Source: a virus (lineage: Duplodnaviria > Caudoviricetes). From it: a DNA stretch of 36,778 nt. Below the pieces are notes generated by a model that saw nothing but the letters and a program-made list of their open reading frames with translations, had not been told where the DNA came from and ran no database searches. A program made the translations under genes and the position numbers. The DNA lies in IMG/VR virus record IMGVR_UViG_3300032225_000443, positions 1 through 36,778 of that record. One strand, written 5' to 3'. Every line of letters starts with the position of its first letter. The first letter of the stretch is position 1. Positions 1 through 6,590 of the stretch are shown one piece after another.

Positions 1-123
1 AGGACTCAAGTAATGGACTTAATCGGAATAGGATCAATAATTGAAGGCGTGGGTAAGGTTGCCGGTGACCTCATTACCACCGATAAAGAACGGCTCCAGA
101 TGGCGCTCGAGGAACGGAAACTC
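1..123. repeat. Terminal direct repeat, copy 1 (circular assembly overlap)
   Basis: Bases 1-123 are identical to 36656-36778; the repeat spans the endolysin stop and holin start. Confidence 0.97.
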
Positions 124-450
124 GATCTGGAGGAAAAGAAAATTGATCAGGCCACAGACCTGGCCCAAGTTGAAATCAACAAGATTGAAGCCAGTTCATC
201 TAGCGTATTTGTCGCTGGCTGGCGTCCTGCTGTTGGTTGGGTTGGGGTGGCAGGTTTGGCTTACCAGTTCTTAGGTTATCCACTGATGCAGTGGATATGG
301 GCGTTTGGGCAGGGCGTAGACATTATTCCCAAAGGTCTAGCAGCCCCGCCTGATCTGCAAACAGATCAACTAATGGTGTTACTGTCCGGGCTGTTGGGTT
401 TCGGGGGGATGCGTAGCTTTGAGAAATCGAAGGGAGTCGCCGCGAAGTAG
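13..450 (+). CDS. Holin, GTA_holin_3TM-like
   Basis: N-terminal coiled coil, 'FVAGWRPAVGWVG' motif, TM segments and C-terminal 'LLGFGGMRSFEK'; coupled by TAATG to the GH108 endolysin across the circular junction. Confidence 0.85.
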   Translation: MDLIGIGSIIEGVGKVAGDLITTDKERLQMALEERKLDLEEKKIDQATDLAQVEINKIEASSSSVFVAGWRPAVGWVGVAGLAYQFLGYPLMQWIWAFGQGVDIIPKGLAAPPDLQTDQLMVLLSGLLGFGGMRSFEKSKGVAAK

Positions 451-588
451 GTGTCTGTATGCATCAATTGCTGTTTTTAGATCAGAGTTTAGCGCTTCAA
501 CTTCCGAATTAAGAAGTTTTATACGTTCGTTTGCTTCTTTAGCAAACTGCACAAGGTTTTGGTGCTGCCACACTTCAAAATCAGCCAT
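379..588 (-). CDS. Small coiled-coil hypothetical protein (69 aa, MADFEVWQ...)
   Basis: GAGGA RBS before ATG at 588; last gene of the leftward operon; 3' end overlaps the holin antisense. Confidence 0.7.
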   Translation of the reverse strand: MADFEVWQHQNLVQFAKEANERIKLLNSEVEALNSDLKTAIDAYRHLLRGDSLRFLKATHPPETQQPGQ

Positions 589-886
589 GTGATTCCTCAA
601 GAAGTTTAATTGAGTATTCTAGAAAATTTTCCTTCGGTAAATTTCTGAGGAAATATACCGGGTCGGATTCGTTGCGGTATTGATGCGGTCGGTCTGGGCC
701 TTGGATCGCGGTGTACGCCCACAGTTCGCCTTTTGGTGTTGTAACCATGCGGCGGTCAATTACACCCTTTTCGTACATTCTGCTCAACTGGCCTACCAAC
801 GTCCTGCGATTCAGACGCGGAAATGGCATCTCTGGCATTGTACATTCGCCGTGTGCCATTAAGAATTCAATTACTTCGTTGCTCAT
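581..886 (-). CDS. Putative winged-helix DNA-binding protein
   Basis: GAGGT RBS; 'RRTLVGQLSRMYEKGVIDRR...GELWAY' resembles a wHTH recognition helix plus wing. Confidence 0.6.
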   Translation of the reverse strand: MSNEVIEFLMAHGECTMPEMPFPRLNRRTLVGQLSRMYEKGVIDRRMVTTPKGELWAYTAIQGPDRPHQYRNESDPVYFLRNLPKENFLEYSIKLLEESHG

Positions 887-893
887 ACCTACC

Positions 894-1037
894 TCAAAAT
901 AAAGCGTCCGGTACGCCGGACAAATCTAATTTTGGTTTGCGCGGGCGCGGCACTTTGACCGCAACGTGCGGGTATGGCGGCAATGACCACACCCAACGAA
1001 CGACGCGGCCCTCATCGTCAAGGATGCCGTACTTCAC
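894..1037 (-). CDS. Small hypothetical protein, 47 aa (MKYGILDDEGRVVRWVW...), missing from the ORF track
   Basis: GTG start overlaps the upstream TGA (GTGA); fills the gap in the operon. Confidence 0.65.
   Translation of the reverse strand: MKYGILDDEGRVVRWVWSLPPYPHVAVKVPRPRKPKLDLSGVPDALF
896..921 (-). terminator. Possible intrinsic terminator of the leftward operon
   Basis: On the minus strand, GTCCGG-CGTA-CCGGAC hairpin followed by GCTTTATTTT. Confidence 0.45.
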
Positions 1038-1183
1038 GTGTTTTTCTCCCGCAGCATCTTGTCAATTTCTTCGGTCAGATCAACAAACCAGTCGATCTCT
1101 GGTTCGCCGTAATCCTTCCACAATTTACCCCATTCTTCGTCGCTCAAACTTTCCCAAGGCAGCGGCTTTCGTTCCAGATTCAT
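1034..1183 (-). CDS. Small hypothetical protein (MNLERKPLPWESLSDEE...EIDKMLREKNT)
   Basis: Resembles small phage proteins with a 'W..L.DEE...L.EKN' pattern; coupled to the downstream ORF. Confidence 0.6.
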   Translation of the reverse strand: MNLERKPLPWESLSDEEWGKLWKDYGEPEIDWFVDLTEEIDKMLREKNT

Positions 1184-1310
1184 TCTTAAACCCCATTGGT
1201 CTTGATTTGGTAAAACAGATGGCACACTTCCAACGGAAGTGACCGTTTTTGGCTGTCGGAACTTTCACAGTGCCAGAATTAACCTGGCACTGCTGACACG
1301 TTGGCATCAT
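1125..1310 (-). CDS. Small zinc-finger protein
   Basis: CQQC...CAIC; starts immediately after the upstream stop. Confidence 0.6.
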   Translation of the reverse strand: MMPTCQQCQVNSGTVKVPTAKNGHFRWKCAICFTKSRPMGFKNESGTKAAALGKFERRRMG

Positions 1311-1631
1311 TTATAGTCTTGCTTTCAAAACGATTTCAAGATTGTCAATCGTAATGTTACGGGGCCGGCCTTTGAAGATCGCATCTTCAACCCACTGGCG
1401 ACGCCACATACACCGAAACTCAGGCTTGGCGCGAGAGTTTAGCAACTCATCCGTTGAGTACGTCACGTTGCCCAACCCAACCCATTCATGCGGTCGGACG
1501 TAGTGCGGCACAATAATTTGGTTGGTGTTAGGAATGCGAAACACCGGCTCTAGTTCGTAATCTGTGTTGCGTTGTCCAAGTTCAGTCACGCTAAAGTTGA
1601 CCTTGTACTTTGGATCTTGTTTCTTTGTCAT
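1311..1631 (-). CDS. Hypothetical protein
   Basis: 106-aa ORF with ATGA overlap to the VRR-NUC gene. Confidence 0.7.
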   Translation of the reverse strand: MTKKQDPKYKVNFSVTELGQRNTDYELEPVFRIPNTNQIIVPHYVRPHEWVGLGNVTYSTDELLNSRAKPEFRCMWRRQWVEDAIFKGRPRNITIDNLEIVLKARL

Positions 1632-1957
1632 ATCTGCTCTCCGATTTTAGTTTTGGCATCTTCAAATCCGTATCCCACAATGACTCGATGCCCGCAGCCT
1701 TGTAGGTATTCAATCCAGTCTTTTTGTTCTGGTCGTACTACACCTCCTTTCTGACGTTTCATCTCAATCCACAAGCCCCAGGCCGGCACAAACAGGTCAG
1801 GAACCCCGGCGCTTACGCCTTCAACCTTGAGCCTTGCCGCCACACTAATGCTGCGCTTCTCGCCGTTAGGGATGGCGAAAATGCGAACATCTGGGTAAGT
1901 CTGGCGAAACCAGCGCACCACCTCGCGTTGCTCTTCATGTTCGGTTGGGACTACCAT
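1628..1957 (-). CDS. VRR-NUC PD-(D/E)XK nuclease (putative resolvase/flap nuclease)
   Basis: 'EHEEQ', 'FAIPNG', 'GVSAGVPDL', 'WIEMKRQKGGVVRPEQKDW' motifs. Confidence 0.9.
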   Translation of the reverse strand: MVVPTEHEEQREVVRWFRQTYPDVRIFAIPNGEKRSISVAARLKVEGVSAGVPDLFVPAWGLWIEMKRQKGGVVRPEQKDWIEYLQGCGHRVIVGYGFEDAKTKIGEQI

Positions 1958-3552
1958 TTCCTACTCACAACTCTGAAGAATTTTCCATCGCGTTTGTACT
2001 CAATGGATACTGGGGGAAACCCTTGGTTCATCTGCGCCGCAACATAATCAATCGCGTCCGAGTCGGTTACTTCGTTAATCTGGTTAAGCACAGCTTTGGA
2101 TTTGTTGGCGATGTAGTACAAAACCCCTAACGCCTTCTCACCGGCAAACCCCGCGTGCAGCAGCGGCAGGTATTCTGTAATGGGTTGGTCGCTCAAGCCA
2201 CCGTAATACGTCACAGACACCATTAGTTTCCCGCTGGCTTGGCTAACGTGCCGCCGCCAAGACCACTCGCTGACCGCCATTTCGGTGCCTTGGTCGCCCA
2301 TAATGTCGTCATGCTGTAACTTCAACCTCTTAGGCTCAACAGCGGGAAAATCCGTCCCGCAAGCAGGGCATACGCGCACTGCTAGGGCGCAGATCTCATT
2401 GCAGTAACTGCAAACTTTTACGGGCGCAACACCGTCCCCGGTTCCTCCCTTTTTGGGAGGTTGCACATTAGTGATCGGGCCATGAGTAGCCACTACCTTG
2501 GCAAAGTCCAGCACCATGCAATGATCGGTGTGGCTTTTGGGGCGCATACCTCGGCCTGCCATCTGTAGGTACAACCCAGGCGACATCGTTGGTCGCAGCA
2601 TGGCAATCAAGTCAATGTCTGGGTAGTCAAACCCCGTGGTCAGCACGTTGGCGTTAGTCAACGCCCGGATCTTGCCGGTCTTGAATTCTTCAATAATCTT
2701 TTCGCGCTCTTTCTTGGGCGTGTCCCCGGTCACACACTTGGCAGGGATGCCCCAGTAATTGAGGATCTCGCAAACGTTCTCAGCGTGGGACACGCCGGTG
2801 CAAAAAAACAACCAGTGCTGCCGCTCTTCGGCCAGCGCTATCACTTCGCTGACAACGCGCACATTCTGGTCTTTGGTGTTTACCGCCTTCTGCAACTCGC
2901 CTTCCACAAACTCACCACCGCGTTTGGCAACGCCAGTTGTATCTAGTTTGGTGGTCGTTACCTTGGAGCGCAGCGGGGCAAGATGTTTCTTAAAGATCAA
3001 CTCTTCAACCGTGACCGGCTCAATTAAAGCGTTAAAGATCGCCGGCTCATCCGTAATCATGCCGTGGCCCAAACGGTAGGGCGTAGCGGTCAGGCCAACC
3101 ACGCGCAAATGCGGGTTGATACGTTTGAGTTGGCTTAACAGGTTACGGTAGCCGCCCGCGTCTTTGTGGTTCACCAGGTGGCACTCATCAATAATCACAA
3201 GATCAATGTGATCAATCTGCGCTGCCTTGTTTCGCACAGACTGTATTCCGGCAAACGTAATGGGTTGGTGCAGTTCACGCCGCCCTATGCCCGCGCTATA
3301 AATGCCAAGCGGGGCGTCCGGCCAATGTGTGTACATTTTCTCTGCGTTTTGCTCAATCAATTCCTTAACGTGGGTCAACATCAACACCCGCGTTTCAGGC
3401 CATTTTGTGATTGCATCCTTGCAAAGCGCGGCAACGATGTGGCTTTTGCCTGACCCGGTTGGCAGCACCAGACAGGGGTTGCCCAAGTAGCCAGCAAGAA
3501 ACCAGTTGTAGAGATCGTCTATAGCCCGCTGCTGATAGTCACGCAGGATCAT
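1951..3552 (-). CDS. SF2 DNA helicase, RadD/YejH-like, with C-terminal zinc ribbon
   Basis: LRDYQ Q-motif, PTGSGKS, DECH, LTATP, LTTGFDYP, QMAGRGMR, CSYC...CPAC. Confidence 0.93.
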   Translation of the reverse strand: MILRDYQQRAIDDLYNWFLAGYLGNPCLVLPTGSGKSHIVAALCKDAITKWPETRVLMLTHVKELIEQNAEKMYTHWPDAPLGIYSAGIGRRELHQPITFAGIQSVRNKAAQIDHIDLVIIDECHLVNHKDAGGYRNLLSQLKRINPHLRVVGLTATPYRLGHGMITDEPAIFNALIEPVTVEELIFKKHLAPLRSKVTTTKLDTTGVAKRGGEFVEGELQKAVNTKDQNVRVVSEVIALAEERQHWLFFCTGVSHAENVCEILNYWGIPAKCVTGDTPKKEREKIIEEFKTGKIRALTNANVLTTGFDYPDIDLIAMLRPTMSPGLYLQMAGRGMRPKSHTDHCMVLDFAKVVATHGPITNVQPPKKGGTGDGVAPVKVCSYCNEICALAVRVCPACGTDFPAVEPKRLKLQHDDIMGDQGTEMAVSEWSWRRHVSQASGKLMVSVTYYGGLSDQPITEYLPLLHAGFAGEKALGVLYYIANKSKAVLNQINEVTDSDAIDYVAAQMNQGFPPVSIEYKRDGKFFRVVSRKW

Positions 3553-4574
3553 CCCGTTACTCGCCCATCAAACGCTTTACGCAACTCAGTCATGCCTTTG
3601 TCAGACTCAGCGCAGGCTTCCGCGTTAGCGACCAATTCTTTAGACCCGTACACACCATCACCTGGCTCACCGTTCACGACGTTTTTTCCGTTGATGACGT
3701 AGATTGCCTGCCACTGGTCGCCGGCTTCCTTGAGCTGCCACGGGACCATATTGGGATGCAGGACATGGCTACCGCAACCCTCACGCTGCCATTCCACGGG
3801 GATCTCATTACCGGCGTGGCGCTCGCAGATCCATTTAGAGTCTTCTGTGGCCGTACTGTGGGCGCAGGTTCGGCAGTTGACCTCTTTGGTCAGGCGGTCA
3901 CCGTGGCAGAACTCATGCGCGGGACACCACTTGCATTGATACCAGCTAGAGTCAACGCTTAACGGTTCTGGCATCCGATCTGACAACGCGATGCGCTTGC
4001 CACGGGCTATTGCGTTTTCAGCAACGCCTTTGTCGTACTCAACACGCTCAGTGTAGAGTCTGTCGTCATCCTTGCAGACAGCAACATACAAAGCGCGATC
4101 AATATCAGTGCCATGCATATACAACTGCATTTGCACAAAGTGATCAAATTTTGCACGCTCCACACCCTTATCTTCAACTTGTTCAAACGATTTTTTGTTG
4201 TGGGTTTTGTACTCACAAACGTGTTTCTTTGATGGCGCTCCCGGCACCCCAGAGATTGCGATGTCATCTATGCTCCCGCTGATGTGGCAACCAAAGTCCA
4301 CGCGCTCCTGCGCGTGACCTGGCTTGAACTGGACGCCGATTGCTTGCAGATCGGCCTTGATCGTGGCTTCTTCGTTCTGACCACGGCGAAAGATCCGAAG
4401 GGTTCGGCCTTCAAACTTGCTTGCCACTGCCCACCGAAACGACAGCCACAACCAGCGGTCACAGGCGTGACCAAGTTGGCTTGCACCCAAGTGACCCCTA
4501 GGTTTTTCAGGCTTGCCAGCGTGGTATTGGTCAATCTGTTCGGCGATGCTATATTGGGCGTCAGGAATTTTCAC
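3549..4574 (-). CDS. Cas4-like (solo) Fe-S PD-(D/E)XK exonuclease
   Basis: GTG start at 4574 with GAGGAGAGGAG RBS; N-terminal Cys (HACDR), SGSIDD, EYKT, QMQLY, CKWCPAHEFC; additional CRTC..C..C..H cluster. Confidence 0.85.
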   Translation of the reverse strand: MKIPDAQYSIAEQIDQYHAGKPEKPRGHLGASQLGHACDRWLWLSFRWAVASKFEGRTLRIFRRGQNEEATIKADLQAIGVQFKPGHAQERVDFGCHISGSIDDIAISGVPGAPSKKHVCEYKTHNKKSFEQVEDKGVERAKFDHFVQMQLYMHGTDIDRALYVAVCKDDDRLYTERVEYDKGVAENAIARGKRIALSDRMPEPLSVDSSWYQCKWCPAHEFCHGDRLTKEVNCRTCAHSTATEDSKWICERHAGNEIPVEWQREGCGSHVLHPNMVPWQLKEAGDQWQAIYVINGKNVVNGEPGDGVYGSKELVANAEACAESDKGMTELRKAFDGRVTG

Positions 4575-4603
4575 GTACTGTCTCCTCTCCTCGGTTGGAT
4601 ATT

Positions 4604-4631
4604 TGCCCGGCGCAATGCCGGGCATTTTTTT
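4604..4631 (+). terminator. GC-rich hairpin with T7 tract on the plus strand (antisense to the surrounding operon)
   Basis: TGCCCGGC-GCAAT-GCCGGGCA-TTTTTTT. Confidence 0.6.
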
Positions 4632-4637
4632 GCCTAT

Positions 4638-5111
4638 TTACTTCTTCATCCAAGGCGGTGCTGCCTTGGCGTTGGTAGACGCAGCGGCAGGTTTGGGGGC
4701 TGGAGCAGAGCCACCGTTCATGGTCCGGAACGCCTTGACTTCGTTGCTGTTGCCATACTGCTCGCTGATCCGGATGTCCAGTTTGATCGACAGGTTGCCG
4801 CCGATCATCTGGTCCGTATCCTTTAACGACGTCAAACCAATCGCCCGCATAATCTCGCCCAACTGCTGACGCCCGATTTCCTCTGCCTTCGGGTTTGGGT
4901 TACGCACGTTCAGGTTCCCGAACACCACGCGCCCTTGATGGGTTGGGCCGTTAATGTCGTAGCGGACCTTGATGTATTTACCAGTACCCATCTTCGTCGC
5001 CATAACTTCTGCGTTGCTAATCGTTGCGTCATACCAGCCAGCAGGCAGCGGCTCAAAGTTGCGATCCGATACGGGGAGCGCGGCAACGTCAAATGTTTCA
5101 TCTAAAAGCAT
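4638..5111 (-). CDS. DUF669-type single-stranded DNA-binding protein
   Basis: 'FEPLPAGWY' N-terminus, OB-like core, 'YGNSNEVK', Ala/Pro-rich tail ending PPWMKK; located next to Sak4. Confidence 0.8.
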   Translation of the reverse strand: MLLDETFDVAALPVSDRNFEPLPAGWYDATISNAEVMATKMGTGKYIKVRYDINGPTHQGRVVFGNLNVRNPNPKAEEIGRQQLGEIMRAIGLTSLKDTDQMIGGNLSIKLDIRISEQYGNSNEVKAFRTMNGGSAPAPKPAAASTNAKAAPPWMKK

Positions 5112-5112
5112 T

Positions 5113-5520
5113 TTATTTCCTGGTGATAGTGAACGAGGGACGCCCAGCCTTGGCGGTGATTGCCTTGGACAAAGGTTTGGTTATTGACTGGTCGGCAGCT
5201 TTCCAAGCAGTCATGTTAATTTCAGGTTTCCAACGAAAGAGCGCGGAGATTTGTGTCTCCAAACCCTCTTCCTCAGCGATGTCAATCAGTTTCTCCGCGT
5301 TGACAGTCCGGTTGATGCGGCCTTCAATCTTGATTGCGTAAGGCGAACCCACTGCAGTCACATTCTCAGTGCCTTCAAACGTTTCTGGAAAGTTCAACCG
5401 GCAGGCGATTTGATCTTCAATCTCGCGGCGTTTTTCGACCGCAATCTTCTCGGTCTCCTTGTAAACAATCCAGCGGTCTGCCAGATCATCTAGCGTAATG
5501 TCATCAAATATTGAGGTCAT
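5113..5520 (-). CDS. Conserved hypothetical protein between Sak4 and SSB (coiled-coil N-terminus)
   Basis: ATGA coupling and synteny in the recombination module. Confidence 0.75.
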   Translation of the reverse strand: MTSIFDDITLDDLADRWIVYKETEKIAVEKRREIEDQIACRLNFPETFEGTENVTAVGSPYAIKIEGRINRTVNAEKLIDIAEEEGLETQISALFRWKPEINMTAWKAADQSITKPLSKAITAKAGRPSFTITRK

Positions 5521-6194
5521 GCTGCACCTCCGATCTTCTTAATAATTTCGCCAAGGTCAGCGTCCTCCCACACTTCCAGTTTCCCAGAGCGGTCTTTTGC
5601 CAGCCACAGACCATCGCCGTCCGTGAGCAAGGCGCGGCGCGTGTTGCCATCAGAGTCTTTCTCAACTCGCAGGGCCAGCACTTCATCGAAGAAGTACGGC
5701 AGGCTCTGGCCGGTCTTGTTACCAGGCATTGAGGGCGCATACAACACGCGGCCCATCTCATCCTGCGTTTTCTCCAACTTCGCGCTCATGTAGACGTGCT
5801 TGCCGGGTAGATCGCGGAAGCCTCGGATGATGTCGGCCATCTGCTCCTGCATGGCCCCGTATGCAGCCCTCGGGTCTTTATTTACCTTCTTCTCAGTGTT
5901 AAGCACCACCTCGGCGATCTCCGAGATGCTATCCAGCGCCACCGACTGAAACTCGCTGGCTTCAGCGCTGCCGTTCAACCACTTGTACGCTTCTCTGAGA
6001 TCATCCATGCTGTTGATCTCAATGAACGGCAGGTTGGTATCGGCAATCGATAGCAAACCACCCTCGGCGCTCAGGATCACTGGCGTGGGCAGCGTTGGGA
6101 TCAAGCTGGTTTTGCCGGCACCTGCCTGACCGTAAACCAACAGCTTGACCGCCTGCGCGGTGGCTTCCTTGGTACGTTTAAGTTGAATAGCCAT
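5517..6194 (-). CDS. Sak4-like ssDNA-annealing AAA ATPase (AAA_24)
   Basis: Start MAIQLK at 6194; Walker A YGQAGAGKT, 'LSAEGGLLSI', Walker B VALDSISE, 'AKDRSG'. Confidence 0.88.
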   Translation of the reverse strand: MAIQLKRTKEATAQAVKLLVYGQAGAGKTSLIPTLPTPVILSAEGGLLSIADTNLPFIEINSMDDLREAYKWLNGSAEASEFQSVALDSISEIAEVVLNTEKKVNKDPRAAYGAMQEQMADIIRGFRDLPGKHVYMSAKLEKTQDEMGRVLYAPSMPGNKTGQSLPYFFDEVLALRVEKDSDGNTRRALLTDGDGLWLAKDRSGKLEVWEDADLGEIIKKIGGAA

Positions 6195-6304
6195 CAGATG
6201 CCTCCTGACAGGGCAAAGAACAGTACAAAACCAGCGGCAACGCCAACCAGCAGCGATGCAAGCGCAATGACCCACGGCGGGTCTTGGTAATCTTTATCGT
6301 CCAT
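6194..6304 (-). CDS. Small single-pass membrane protein, 36 aa (MDDKDYQDPPWVIALASLLVGVAAGFVLFFALSGGI), missing from the ORF track
   Basis: AAGGAG RBS; TGATG coupling to sak4; first gene after the leftward promoter. Confidence 0.75.
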   Translation of the reverse strand: MDDKDYQDPPWVIALASLLVGVAAGFVLFFALSGGI

Positions 6305-6321
6305 CTCTAACTCCTTGGTGT

Positions 6322-6350
6322 CTGCACATTCGGGCAATCCGTTCGTGCAG
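6322..6350 (-). other. 5'-leader stem-loop of the leftward transcript
   Basis: CUGCACG-AA-CGG-AUUGC-CCG-AA-UGUGCAG, between the predicted +1 and the RBS. Confidence 0.6.
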
Positions 6351-6353
6351 TGA

Positions 6354-6382
6354 TTGCAAGACTACAGACTTCCGCGTAGAGT
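6354..6382 (+). promoter_or_regulatory. Rightward sigma70-type promoter
   Basis: TTGCAA (6354-6359), 17 bp, TAGAGT (6377-6382), upstream of cro. Confidence 0.6.
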
Positions 6383-6387
6383 GTCAA
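6359..6387 (-). promoter_or_regulatory. Leftward sigma70-type promoter
   Basis: TTGACA (6387-6382), 17 bp, TAGTCT (6364-6359). Confidence 0.75.
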
Positions 6388-6416
6388 CACAAAGTTTCAA
6401 CCGGAGTGGAAAAAAA

Positions 6417-6590
6417 GTGACAACAGAGGAAGCGATCCAGCATTTTGGTAGCCTCAAGCGGCTAGCAGATGCTCTGGGGGTGTGGCCCCAGGTGATCTAT
6501 AGGTGGGGCGAACACCCGCCAATGGCGCGTCAGTATGAGATTGAGGTCAAGACCGAGGGGAAGCTACGTGCAGACCATGAACAAGATTGA
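6417..6590 (+). CDS. cro: Cro-like HTH regulator
   Basis: GTG start; 'EAIQHFGSLKRLADALGVWPQVIYRWGEHPPMARQYEIEVKTEGKLRAD' has the N15 Cro pattern. Confidence 0.88.
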   Translation: MTTEEAIQHFGSLKRLADALGVWPQVIYRWGEHPPMARQYEIEVKTEGKLRADHEQD

